A DNA stretch of 64,000 nucleotides from Acidimicrobiales bacterium (GTDB lineage: Bacteria > Actinomycetota > Acidimicrobiia > Acidimicrobiales > DATDAH01): positions 7,161 to 71,160 of the forward strand of contig JAYRFK010000023.1 of NCBI GenBank assembly GCA_041908445.1. The letters are read 5' to 3'. Of this stretch, positions 35,338 to 44,164 are shown in pieces. Each line of letters opens with the position of its first letter. Positions within the stretch are counted from its first letter, which is position 1. The notes under the pieces are model-generated. The model was not told the origin of the DNA, searched no databases, and saw only the letters and a list, made by a program, of their open reading frames with translations. Position numbers and translations under genes: made by a program.

Positions 35338-36680
35338 GCGCCCACCGCGGCCGCCGTGCGGTCGAGCTCGTCGAGGAGCAGCGGGCCCAGGGCCTGCAGC
35401 CCGTCGCCTGCGCTCGCGTAGGCGTGGACGCCCACCATGAGGTCGTCCCGGTAGCTCCAGGCGGTGAGGTTCAGCCCGAAGTGCCCGGCCAGGGGGCCGA
35501 CCGAGCGCAGCTCGGCCACCGGCAACCCCAGGATCGAGAACGGGGCCGGGCCCCGCACGCTCGAGCAGATGAGGTTGTACGCGGGACGGCCGCGGCGGCG
35601 TTCTTCGGCCTCCATCGCCCGCACGATGCCGCCGTTGAGCCGCCGGAAGCGCTGCAGGTCCGGGAGCAGCCGGGGGTCGTGGGCCGTGGACGCCCGCGCC
35701 GCCCGGATGCTCGCCCGGACCGCGTCGAGGCGGGCGGCCCCGTCGACGACGTCGGTGCACAGCGAGACCGACACGACGGTGGTGCCGTTGCCGTACCGGT
35801 GCGGCCGTGACGGCAGACCGATGGGGACGTTCGTCGTCAGCGTCCCGTCGACGGGCTCGCCCAGCGCCTCGAGGTGGCGGCGCACCGCGCCGCCGACCAC
35901 CGCCAGGTACACCTCGGTGAGGCTCGCCCCGGAGGCGGCCCGCACGGCGGCGAGGCGCGCCAACGGCAGGGGGGCGAAGGTGACGCGCCGGCCCGCCTCC
36001 GGCTCGCCGTTGAAGCGCGTCCCGGGACCGAGGAAGGGCTTCGTGGCCGTCGGACGACCGGCGCGGGCGTCGGCGCGCAGACGACGTTGGGCCCGACCGA
36101 AGCGCGCCAGTAGCGCCGGGAGCCGGCCGAGGTCACGGGCGCCGGTGGCCAGGGCGTGGCGCGGGACCGAGCCCGTCTCGACCCACGGGATGGCGCCGAG
36201 GCGCTCCTCGGCCGTCGGCTCGCCGGCGCGGCGATCGGCCAGCTCCTCCCAGAGCGACACGCTGCCGGCGCCGTCGGCGATGGCGTGGTGGATCCGGAAG
36301 ACCAGGGCGTCGCGGCCGCCGGCGAGACCGGTCACGTGGGTGAGGTGCCAGAGCGGCCGGGACCGGTCGAGCGGGTCGCCGGCGGCCGCCGACAGCCGCG
36401 CGTCGAGCTCGGCCTCGCCTCCCGGGGCCGGGAGGGCGACGTGGTCGACCTGGGCCGTCACGTCGGGCACGCCGCCGTCCACCCAGACCGGGCGGGCCCA
36501 CCGGGGCCCGGCGAGCACCCACCGCAGCGGCGGCGCCTCGACCAGGGTGGTGGCCGCCCACCGTTCGACCTCGTCGGCGGCGATCGGCCCTTCGAGGACG
36601 GCCACCTTCAGCGTGTGCATCGGCCGGTCGGGCCGCTCCTGGCTGAGCTGGAAGAGGTCCGGCCCGTCGAGGACGTGCAC
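35334..36680 (-). CDS. wax ester synthase / diacylglycerol acyltransferase (WS/DGAT) family
   Basis: 448 aa with the HHxxxDG active-site motif (FRIHHAIADGAGS) and an N-terminus MHTLKVAVLEGP typical of the family. Confidence 0.85.
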   Translation of the reverse strand: MHVLDGPDLFQLSQERPDRPMHTLKVAVLEGPIAADEVERWAATTLVEAPPLRWVLAGPRWARPVWVDGGVPDVTAQVDHVALPAPGGEAELDARLSAAAGDPLDRSRPLWHLTHVTGLAGGRDALVFRIHHAIADGAGSVSLWEELADRRAGEPTAEERLGAIPWVETGSVPRHALATGARDLGRLPALLARFGRAQRRLRADARAGRPTATKPFLGPGTRFNGEPEAGRRVTFAPLPLARLAAVRAASGASLTEVYLAVVGGAVRRHLEALGEPVDGTLTTNVPIGLPSRPHRYGNGTTVVSVSLCTDVVDGAARLDAVRASIRAARASTAHDPRLLPDLQRFRRLNGGIVRAMEAEERRRGRPAYNLICSSVRGPAPFSILGLPVAELRSVGPLAGHFGLNLTAWSYRDDLMVGVHAYASAGDGLQALGPLLLDELDRTAAAVGA

Positions 36681-36727
36681 TCAGGAGGCTCCCGGCCCCG
36701 GTGACCGGCGCACCGCTGGGCGTCCCA

Positions 36728-37498
36728 TCAGTGCGGCACCATGCCGCCGTCGACGAGGAGGGCCTGGCCGGTGATGAAGCTGCCGGCGTCCGAGGTGAGC
36801 AGCAGCGCAGGGCCGACGATCTCGTCGGGGCTGGCCATGCGCTTGAGCAGCATCAGCTGGCTCATCATCTCCTGGCGCTCCGGGCTGTTGGATCGGACCA
36901 TGTCGGTGTCGACCGTGCCGGGGGCCAGGGCGTTGACCCGGATGCCGAAGGGCGCGAACTCAGCGGCCGCCGAGCGCGTGTGGGCGAGGAGGCCCGCCTT
37001 GCCCGTGGCGTAGAGCGAGATGTTGGGCGAGAACATGAAGGCGGCGCCGGAGAGGATGTTCAGCACCGCGGCGTGGCCGCTCTCCTTCAGGTGGGGCAGG
37101 GCGGCCGCGGTGAGGAAGACCGGGCCCCGGAGGTTTACGTCGAGGGACTTCTCCCACGCCTCCGGCGTGTAGTCGGCGATCGGCTGGGCCAGGGCGGTGG
37201 CCGCGTTGTTGACCACGACGTCGATGCGGCCGAAGGCGTCGACCGTCCGGTCGACCAGGTTGCGCAGGGCGTCGAGATCGCCGAGGTGGGTCGCCACGCC
37301 GAGGGCGTCGACGCCCATCGAGCGCAGGTGCGCCTCGGTCTCGGCGCAGGACGCCGGCTTGCGGCTGGCCACCACCACCGTGGCGCCGGCACAGGCGTAG
37401 CCCTCGGCGAGGGCCCGGCCGATGCCGCGGGTGCCGCCGGTCACGATCACGACCCGGCCGGTCATGTCGAACAGGGTCGAGAAGGTCTCCTGGTTCAC
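36728..37498 (-). CDS. short-chain dehydrogenase/reductase
   Basis: Contains TGGTRGIGRALA, NNAA and YATGKAG. I chose GTG 37498, which lies 8 nt after TATCCT (leaderless layout). The alternative is ATG 37465. Confidence 0.85.
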   Translation of the reverse strand: MNQETFSTLFDMTGRVVIVTGGTRGIGRALAEGYACAGATVVVASRKPASCAETEAHLRSMGVDALGVATHLGDLDALRNLVDRTVDAFGRIDVVVNNAATALAQPIADYTPEAWEKSLDVNLRGPVFLTAAALPHLKESGHAAVLNILSGAAFMFSPNISLYATGKAGLLAHTRSAAAEFAPFGIRVNALAPGTVDTDMVRSNSPERQEMMSQLMLLKRMASPDEIVGPALLLTSDAGSFITGQALLVDGGMVPH

Positions 37499-37508
37499 GA
37501 CCGGCGAG

Positions 37509-37523
37509 GATAACGATGTTATG
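37509..37523. promoter_or_regulatory. palindrome CATAAC-ATC-GTTATC (minus-strand reading) fused to a -10-like TATCCT
   Basis: The minus strand reads CATAACATCGTTATCCTCGCCGGTC-GTG(37498). It shares the GTTATsCTCGCCGG core of the module at 41367-41391. Confidence 0.5.
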
Positions 37524-37539
37524 AGTGACCCGCCAGCGG

Positions 37540-38193
37540 TCAGGCGCCCGCCTCGTCCCGGCGGTCGGGCGCCTCGATGGCCTGCACGAAGCGGCGGGTG
37601 AGGTCGGCCCACGCCTCCGGGTCGGGGTCCTCGATGCCGAAGGCCTCGAGCACGCCGAGCCCGAGCTCCATGGCCCAGAGCATCATGACGGCGGCGCGCA
37701 TGTCCACGGCCGGGTCGAGCTGGCCGCCGGACTGGGCGGCCTCGTACTCGACGACCCAGGACTCCATCCGCCGGACCTGCTCGCGGTGCAGGCGCTCGCG
37801 GACGGCGGCGTCACCACGGGCCGTCGCCGCCCCCTCGAGCAGGAGCGCCCGGAGCTGCGTGCGCTCGCGGACCCGCCGGCCGACGTCCTCCAGGTAGTCC
37901 CGGAAGGTGGTCTCGATGTCCCGCGGCGTCTCGACCCCGGTGTCGACCCGGGCGTCGATGGCCTCGACGAGCAGGTCGGCCTTGTTGAGGAAGTGCGCGT
38001 AGATGGCCCCGGTGGTGAGCGAGGAACGGCGGGCGAGGTCGCGCACCGAGACCGCGGCGTAGCCCTCCTCGGCGAAGACCTGGCCCGCGAGGTCGAGGAG
38101 CCGGTCGCGCGTCAGCGGCGGGGTGTCGACGACCTCGTCGGCGTCGGCCGACTCGACGACGTCGGCGCCGGCGCCGTCGGTGAGGTCGGTCAC
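37540..38193 (-). CDS. TetR/AcrR family transcriptional regulator
   Basis: The HTH region reads TRDRLLDLAGQVFAEEGYAAVSVRDLARRSSLTTGAIYAHFLNKADL. GTG 38193 lies 7 nt after TAGCCT. Confidence 0.85.
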   Translation of the reverse strand: MTDLTDGAGADVVESADADEVVDTPPLTRDRLLDLAGQVFAEEGYAAVSVRDLARRSSLTTGAIYAHFLNKADLLVEAIDARVDTGVETPRDIETTFRDYLEDVGRRVRERTQLRALLLEGAATARGDAAVRERLHREQVRRMESWVVEYEAAQSGGQLDPAVDMRAAVMMLWAMELGLGVLEAFGIEDPDPEAWADLTRRFVQAIEAPDRRDEAGA

Positions 38194-38233
38194 GGGCCGA
38201 AGGCTACCGAGGGCCCCGGGGCGGCCACCGGGA

Positions 38234-39655
38234 TCAGCCGCTGTGGGTGAAGTCGCCGTCGAGCTGCACGACGTAGTCGTCCCCGCACGCGAAGGTGTCG
38301 TCCTGGGGCAGGTAGCGGACGAACGCCCCGTCCTGGACCTGCATCACGATGATGCAGGAGGCGCTCTCGTTCTCCGAGGGGTTCGTGGGGGCGTGGAGGC
38401 CGCCGCCGTCCCACTCGGTCACCGAGGCCGCCTCCTCGAGCAGGCAGTCGCGGGTCAGGGTGCCCGCGTCGTCGCAGGCGTCCGCCGCCTGGGTGAACAG
38501 CAGCCACGCGGACATGCTCTGGGCCCCCAGCAGGGCCACCTCACCGTCGATGCCCTCGACCAGGTCGATGTACTGCTGCACGGCCGGGTTCTGGTCGGCT
38601 TCCTCGAACGGCACGAACGAGGACCGGACGAAGGTGCCCTCGGCCGCGTCACCGGCGGCGTCGAGGTAGCCCTGGTCGTAGAAGTTCGCGTCCTGCGCGG
38701 TCACCTCGGGCGAGTAGCCCGCCTCGGACATGGCCTGCTGGAGCTGGGCGAGGAACGTGCCGTCGCCGACGAAGTTGAGCCACTCGACGCCGTCGTCCTG
38801 CAGCTTCTGCACGAACGGCGCCCAGTTGGCCTCGCCGGTGACGTTGTAGGACTGCTCCGACACGATGGTCGCGCCGACCTGCTCGTAGGCCTCGGCGGTG
38901 CGGTCGGCGATGGTCTTCAGCGTGCCGAAGTCGGCGTACATGATCCCGACGTGGTCGAGCGCCTCGGGGTGCTCCTCGGCGAGCAGGCGGATGTCGCCCA
39001 CCGGGAAGCGGTCCTGGGGGTTGGGGGCGGGCTGGACCGTCCGCCGCTCGATGACGCTGTCGTGGCCGGCCGGGCCGCCCTTCTCGGGCGTGGCCGCGTA
39101 GGCGGCGATGTCGACGAGGCCGCACTCCTGGCCCGTGGACGACCACTCGGTGTCCTGGGCGCCGCCGCCACCGACGAGGGCGAGCACCTCGCCGCACGCC
39201 TCCGTCACCTTGGCGGCGTAGTCGAAGATGGCGGCGTCGTACTCGGTGAGCTCGATCGGCCGGCCGTTGATGCCGCCCTGGCTGTTGCACCACTCGACGA
39301 AGGCCTGGCCGGCGTCGAAGAGCTCCTGGTTGAGCCCCGGCTGGCCGCTGAACCCGGGATCGGAGATCGTGCCGATGGCGATCGCATCGTCGCTCACCCC
39401 GGTGGTCTGGCTCGGGTCCGACGAGCCGCCGCCGGCGGCCGCGGTCGTCGTGGTGTCACCGGCATCGTCGCCCTGGCTGCAGTGCGAGGGCTGCGTGCCG
39501 AACATCTGGCCCGCCGAGCTGTCGGCCGCCGTGGTGGTCGTGGCGCCGTCGCCGCTCGGCGCGGACGCGTCCTCGCCGCGAGATGAGCAGGCGGCCACGG
39601 TGAGCACGAGGACGAGGGAGACCAGGATCGCCCCAGGGCGCGTTCGAACGGACAT
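38234..39655 (-). CDS. ABC-transporter substrate-binding lipoprotein (LivK-like)
   Basis: MSVRTRPGAILVSLVLVLTVAACSSRGED contains a lipobox and is followed by a Thr/Ala/Asp linker, then ...GVSDDAIAIGT...GGINGRPIEL. I prefer ATG 39655 (7 nt after TATGAT) over 39667. Confidence 0.8.
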   Translation of the reverse strand: MSVRTRPGAILVSLVLVLTVAACSSRGEDASAPSGDGATTTTAADSSAGQMFGTQPSHCSQGDDAGDTTTTAAAGGGSSDPSQTTGVSDDAIAIGTISDPGFSGQPGLNQELFDAGQAFVEWCNSQGGINGRPIELTEYDAAIFDYAAKVTEACGEVLALVGGGGAQDTEWSSTGQECGLVDIAAYAATPEKGGPAGHDSVIERRTVQPAPNPQDRFPVGDIRLLAEEHPEALDHVGIMYADFGTLKTIADRTAEAYEQVGATIVSEQSYNVTGEANWAPFVQKLQDDGVEWLNFVGDGTFLAQLQQAMSEAGYSPEVTAQDANFYDQGYLDAAGDAAEGTFVRSSFVPFEEADQNPAVQQYIDLVEGIDGEVALLGAQSMSAWLLFTQAADACDDAGTLTRDCLLEEAASVTEWDGGGLHAPTNPSENESASCIIVMQVQDGAFVRYLPQDDTFACGDDYVVQLDGDFTHSG

Positions 39656-39664
39656 GGCGTGGAT

Positions 39665-39679
39665 CATAACGTTGTTCTG
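39665..39679. promoter_or_regulatory. hybrid palindrome CAGAAC-AAC-GTTATG (minus-strand reading) overlapping a -10-like TATGAT
   Basis: The minus strand reads CAGAACAACGTTATGATCCACGCC-ATG(39655), upstream of the SBP gene. Confidence 0.4.
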
Positions 39680-39709
39680 GATGCGGCCGGGACGCGCCGC
39701 CCCCGGTGC

Positions 39710-40168
39710 TCAGCGGGTCGAGAAGGGCACCGAGTCCGCCGTGTCGAGGACGATCTCGAGGTGGGCGAAGGCGAGCCCGCCGGCGGTGCGCACGACACGA
39801 CCCTCGACGACCGCGGTGCTGATCGGGTCCGGCTTGCCCGCCTGGATCTGGGTGACCAGCAGGTAGGAGGTGAACGACGCCGCGTCCGGGCCGTCGGGGT
39901 CGGCGACCACGTTCGTGGTGCAGTGCCGGAGGGGGTGCGGGCTGTCGGCCCGGTGGGGGCGCTGCCAGTCGACCGCGGCCTGCCGCCCGGTGACGTCGCT
40001 GCGCACGAACTCCTCGTAGTCGGTCGTGCCGGTGTCGGTCCGGGTCACGAACCGCGCCTCGGCGGTCAGCAGCGGGGCGAGGCCGTCCACGTCGCCGGCG
40101 TCGTAGCGGTGCCAGTAGCGGGCCAGCAGCTCGGCGACCTCGGCCGTCGTCGGGGCGGCCCCGCTCAC
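39710..40168 (-). CDS. NTF2-like / SnoaL-like fold protein
   Basis: 152 aa. VAELLARYWHRYDAGDVDGLAPLLTAEARF is typical of SnoaL/ring-hydroxylating-dioxygenase-beta-like small proteins. The GTG start overlaps the upstream stop (GTGA). Confidence 0.65.
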   Translation of the reverse strand: MSGAAPTTAEVAELLARYWHRYDAGDVDGLAPLLTAEARFVTRTDTGTTDYEEFVRSDVTGRQAAVDWQRPHRADSPHPLRHCTTNVVADPDGPDAASFTSYLLVTQIQAGKPDPISTAVVEGRVVRTAGGLAFAHLEIVLDTADSVPFSTR

Positions 40169-41367
40169 AGCGGGTCGCCCATGCGGGCGTAGGCGGCGGC
40201 GATGTTGCCGCCGAGGAACCCGGCCTTCACGGTCGAGTCGAAGCCCTCGAGCAGGTCGTCGTAGTAGGTGACCGGCGTGCCGTTGCCCTCGTGGTGCGGG
40301 TAGTCCGACGAGAAGACGGCCATTTCCGGGAACGCGCGCAGGAAGTCCACCGGCGACTCCCGGAGGGCGGGCACCGGGGAGATGCGGACGTGGTCACGGA
40401 AGTACTCCCCCGGCGTGCGGGGCAGGTCGTACTCGCCGAGGACCAGCGGGCTGACGCCGGGCTGGGCCATCACGTCGAGGCGGGTGATGAGGCGCGGCAC
40501 CCACTCGATGCCGAGCTCGGAGATGAGCACCGTGAGCTTCGGGTGGCGCTCGAAGACCCCGCCGAAGACGAGCGCGGTGAGGTACACCTGCGCGGCCTGG
40601 TCGGGCTGGAGCACCGAGAGGAGGCGGATGAGGCCGGGGGCGGCGTCCTTCGCCCACCCGGGGTGGATGAGCGACGGCGCCATGCCCACGTGCAGCAGCG
40701 GGATCATGCCGAGGTCGGTGGCCGCCGACCAGACCGGGTCGAACGCCGGGGAGCTCGGGGCGATCCCGCCCTGGGGCTCGGCGCTGACGAGGAACGCGCG
40801 GCTGCCGAGACCACGCAGGCGGGTCATCTCCCGCACCGTCCAGTCGAGGTCGTCGTAGCGCAGGCAGGCGACCGGGTGGACCCGGCCACCGTGGCCGGCG
40901 AGGCGCTCGGCGAGCGTGGTGTTCACCGCCTCGAGGGTCCGCTGGCCCAGCGCGGGGTCGTCGATGACCCGGGCCAGCGTGTAGCCGCCGCCGGAGATCG
41001 CGTTCTGGTGGTCGATGCCCGCGTCGTCCATCCAGGCGATGCGGGCGTCGACGTTGGCCGCCGTCGTCAGCGGGTACTGGTCGGAGCCGGCGTACACCAG
41101 GTCGTGGAGGCGCTGCTCGCCGAGCATGAAGGTCATCGCCGGCGTGACCATCTCCTCGATGGGGGGCCGCTCGGCGACCGGGACGCCCCGGAGGAGGTCG
41201 TCGCTGACGAAGAAGGCGAACATCTCCGGCGAGCCCAGGCGGAAGCGGGGGTCACCGGTCGGCAACCGCTCGGGCAGCTCGGCCTTCAGCGAGGGGAAGT
41301 CGTCGAGCCAGTCGAGCTCGGGCTCGAAGTGGGCGTCGACGTCGATCACGAGGCTGCCTGAGGCCAT
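40165..41367 (-). CDS. amidohydrolase_2 (ACMSD-like metal-dependent hydrolase/decarboxylase) family
   Basis: Contains VIDVDAHFEP and SSDYPHHEG. I chose ATG 41367, 7 nt after TATGCT. The track start 41379 lies inside that -10-like box. Confidence 0.85.
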   Translation of the reverse strand: MASGSLVIDVDAHFEPELDWLDDFPSLKAELPERLPTGDPRFRLGSPEMFAFFVSDDLLRGVPVAERPPIEEMVTPAMTFMLGEQRLHDLVYAGSDQYPLTTAANVDARIAWMDDAGIDHQNAISGGGYTLARVIDDPALGQRTLEAVNTTLAERLAGHGGRVHPVACLRYDDLDWTVREMTRLRGLGSRAFLVSAEPQGGIAPSSPAFDPVWSAATDLGMIPLLHVGMAPSLIHPGWAKDAAPGLIRLLSVLQPDQAAQVYLTALVFGGVFERHPKLTVLISELGIEWVPRLITRLDVMAQPGVSPLVLGEYDLPRTPGEYFRDHVRISPVPALRESPVDFLRAFPEMAVFSSDYPHHEGNGTPVTYYDDLLEGFDSTVKAGFLGGNIAAAYARMGDPL

Positions 41368-41376
41368 GCCGGCGAG

Positions 41377-41391
41377 CATAACAGCGTTATG
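41377..41391. promoter_or_regulatory. palindrome CATAAC-GCT-GTTATG (minus-strand reading) fused to a -10-like TATGCT
   Basis: The minus strand reads CATAACGCTGTTATGCTCGCCGGC-ATG(41367), upstream of the amidohydrolase. Confidence 0.5.
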
Positions 41392-41415
41392 TTCGGGCGG
41401 AAAGACCGCCGCGCG

Positions 41416-42561
41416 CTAGGTCGAGAGGATGGAGACGCCGGCGGTGCCGGGAGCGCCGTAGAGCTGGGCGTACCCGACCTTGGGGTCGCCGGGGACCTGG
41501 CGCTCGCCGGCCTGGCCGCGGAGCTGGAGCACCAGCTCGTGCACCTGGCGGAGGCCCGACGCGCCGATGGGTTCGCCGTTGGCGATGAGCCCGCCGTCGG
41601 TGTTGACCGGCAGCGGGCCGCCGATCTCGGTGGCGCCGTCGGCGATGAGCTGCTCCTGGTCACCGTCGGCGCAGAAGCCGTTCTCGGCGAGGTGGATGAC
41701 CTCGGCGCCGGCGTCGGTGTCCTGCAGCTGGATGACGTCGACGTCCTCCGGGCCGATGCCGGCGAGCTCGTACGCCGCCTTGGAGGCGTAGACGGTGGGG
41801 GCGTCGTCCTGGTCGACCGCGGCCCACGAGGCGTGCACCTCGAACGCGCCGTAGCGGCGGGTGCGCAGCGTCGTGGCCCGCAGGTAGATCGGCGTCGAGG
41901 TGTACTCGTGGGCCTTGTCGGCCCGGCACAGCAGCACCGCGGCGGCGCCCTCGTCGGGGGCGCAGAACATGTAGTGGGTGAGCGGGTAGTTGAGCATCCG
42001 CGAGGCGAGGATGTCCTCGACGCTCACGGGCTTGCGGCGGAAGGCGTTCGGGTTCAGCGAGCCGTTCCGGTAGTTCTTGGCCGCCACCCGGGCCAGGGTC
42101 TCGTGGGAGATCCCGTGGTCGTGCATGTAGCGGTTGATCTTCATGGCGAAGAACTTGGTGGTGAGGAAGTGGCCGATCTCGCCGTACCAGGGCGGGGCGG
42201 CGTAGTCGACGGGGTCGGACGTGAACGCGCCGGCGGCGTGCTTGTCCATGCCCACGGCCACGCCGAGGTCGTACTGGCCCGAGCGGATCGAGTCGGCGGT
42301 GAGCTGCAGCGCGGTGGCCGCGGTGGCGCAGCCGTTGTAGACGTCCATGAAGGGGATGCCGGTGAGGCCGAGGCGGCTGGTCACCGCATCGGGGTTGTCC
42401 ACCTCGAAGCTGCCGCCGAAGCCGAACTGCACGTCCGACCACTGGGCGCCGGCGTCGGCGAGCGCGGCGCGGATGGCGTCGGCGCCCATGTCGATGGCCG
42501 ACTTCTCGCCGAACCGGCCGAACGGGTGGAGCCCCACCCCGATGATCGCGACATCGGTCAT
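41416..42561 (-). CDS. SCP-x/lipid-transfer-type thiolase (Cys nucleophile present)
   Basis: ATG 42561 overlaps the DUF35 stop (ATGA). The 381-aa product begins MTDVAIIGVGLHPFGRF and contains VYNGCATAATAL and NTDGGLIANGEPIGASG...QLRG. Confidence 0.85.
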   Translation of the reverse strand: MTDVAIIGVGLHPFGRFGEKSAIDMGADAIRAALADAGAQWSDVQFGFGGSFEVDNPDAVTSRLGLTGIPFMDVYNGCATAATALQLTADSIRSGQYDLGVAVGMDKHAAGAFTSDPVDYAAPPWYGEIGHFLTTKFFAMKINRYMHDHGISHETLARVAAKNYRNGSLNPNAFRRKPVSVEDILASRMLNYPLTHYMFCAPDEGAAAVLLCRADKAHEYTSTPIYLRATTLRTRRYGAFEVHASWAAVDQDDAPTVYASKAAYELAGIGPEDVDVIQLQDTDAGAEVIHLAENGFCADGDQEQLIADGATEIGGPLPVNTDGGLIANGEPIGASGLRQVHELVLQLRGQAGERQVPGDPKVGYAQLYGAPGTAGVSILST

Positions 42562-42989
42562 GACGCCTCCTCGACTGGTGCAAAGGCGAAGGTGACGACC
42601 TCGGTGCCGTCCTCGTCGGTGCGGAAGGGCACGACCACGACCTCCATGGGCATGCCGAAGTCGAGGGCGTCGACGTCGGCGGTGGTGAGCCGCCCCTCGA
42701 CCCGGACCTCGCCGCCGAGCTCGACCAGGCCCACGCCGTAGGGGCGGAAGGTCTCCACGGTCTCGCCGCTGGCGTAGGGCTCCTTGGGCAGGAACTCCTG
42801 GGTGGTGAAGGTCCACAGCGTGCCCTGGCGGGCCAGCAGGTGGCGATCGACCTCGGTCGAGCCGCACCGGGCGCACGACGGGGGCTGGGGGAAGGTCACC
42901 GACCCGCAGGCGGTGCACCGCCCGCCGATCAACTGGGGCTCGTCCGCCGGCCACGTGAAGACATCCGGCGCGAAGGGAACGCTGGTCAC
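42558..42989 (-). CDS. DUF35 Zn-ribbon/OB-fold protein (thiolase partner)
   Basis: 143 aa with GGRCTACGSVTFPQPPSCARCGS followed by an OB-fold. It is translationally coupled to the downstream thiolase. Confidence 0.85.
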   Translation of the reverse strand: MTSVPFAPDVFTWPADEPQLIGGRCTACGSVTFPQPPSCARCGSTEVDRHLLARQGTLWTFTTQEFLPKEPYASGETVETFRPYGVGLVELGGEVRVEGRLTTADVDALDFGMPMEVVVVPFRTDEDGTEVVTFAFAPVEEAS

Positions 42990-43004
42990 GCCCCGACGGT
43001 AGTC

Positions 43005-43019
43005 GAGAACGGCGTTTCC
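43005..43019. promoter_or_regulatory. degenerate AGAAC-N3-GTT-type site upstream of the DUF35/thiolase pair
   Basis: The minus strand reads GGAAACGCCGTTCTC followed by GAC-TACCGT-cggggc-GTG(42989). Only one half-site is good. Confidence 0.3.
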
Positions 43020-43052
43020 GTCACCCGCACTCGTCGTTTCCGCCCGCGGCGC

Positions 43053-44096
43053 TCAGCCGTCGGCGGCCCGGTAGGCGGCGACCACCGGCGCCAGCTCGTC
43101 GGGCGAGGCGCCGTGGAGGATGACCGCGTCGGCGCCCAGGTCGAACTGGCCGTGCACCGTCGCCACGCACTGCTCCGGGGAGCCCGTCGCCGACGGCGCC
43201 AGCCACTCCTCGGGGATCAGGGTGGCGATGTGCTCGAGCTGCTCGGTGGTGGCCTTCTGGTCGATGGCGCCCGCAAAGGTCCCCACCACGGGATCGGCGC
43301 GGAAGGCGGCGAGCGGGGCCGGGTCCCAGCCGTTGGTGGCGACGAGGAGGTCGCCGTAGCCCTGGAGGTAGCCGGCGAGGCGGCCGACGGTCTTGCGCAG
43401 GCGCACGTCCTCAGGGAGGTGATCGCCGACGGTGGCGAAGCAGGACCACACCGTGACCGCGTCGGGGTCGCGGCCCGCCTGCTCGGCGGCCCGCTTCACC
43501 GTGGCCACGGCCCGGGCGGTGGTCTCGTCGGTGAAGAAGGTGTGCAGCACGACGTGGTCGAAGGCCCGGCCGCCCAGCTTCAGCGACTCGGGCCCGAAGG
43601 CCACCAGGAGCAGGGGGATGTCCTCGTCGAACTCGGTGCCGAGGGTCAGCACGGGCCACGAGCCGGACGGCCCCTGGTGCCCGACGACGACCTCGCCCTT
43701 CCAGAGGCGGCGCAGCAGGCCGGCGGCGTCCTCCAGCTGCGCGGTCGTGATCCGGGGGATGCCGAAGGCGTCCTGCATCAGCGGGATGCCACGACCCAGG
43801 CCCAGCACGTAGCGACCGCCCGTGAGGGTGTGCATCGTCATCGCGTGCGAGGCGGTGACGAGCGGGTGGCGGGTGTTGTGGTTGGTCGCCGCGGTGGCGA
43901 TGCGCAGGCCGGTGGGCACCGCGCCGGCGGCGCCCGCCAGCGTCGCCGCCTCCTTCACGTTGTAGCGCTCGGAGATGAACGCGGTGCCGAGGCCGAGCGC
44001 CTCGCCCCCCGCCATCTCGTCGACGATCCCGGCGGGCGAGGTCACACCCCCCGCCAGCAGGTAGAAGCCGAGCTCGTCCAGGCGGCGATCGGTCAT
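43053..44096 (-). CDS. LLM-class F420/flavin-dependent oxidoreductase
   Basis: 347 aa. The luciferase-like pattern includes GLGTAFISERYN, GGRYVLGLGRG and a TIM-barrel-like layout. Confidence 0.85.
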   Translation of the reverse strand: MTDRRLDELGFYLLAGGVTSPAGIVDEMAGGEALGLGTAFISERYNVKEAATLAGAAGAVPTGLRIATAATNHNTRHPLVTASHAMTMHTLTGGRYVLGLGRGIPLMQDAFGIPRITTAQLEDAAGLLRRLWKGEVVVGHQGPSGSWPVLTLGTEFDEDIPLLLVAFGPESLKLGGRAFDHVVLHTFFTDETTARAVATVKRAAEQAGRDPDAVTVWSCFATVGDHLPEDVRLRKTVGRLAGYLQGYGDLLVATNGWDPAPLAAFRADPVVGTFAGAIDQKATTEQLEHIATLIPEEWLAPSATGSPEQCVATVHGQFDLGADAVILHGASPDELAPVVAAYRAADG

Positions 44097-44164
44097 GGGG
44101 GGCTCCCGGGGTCGGTCGGCAGGCGGGGCTGGTGGCGGGCGGCACCGTAGCCGCGCCGGACGGT

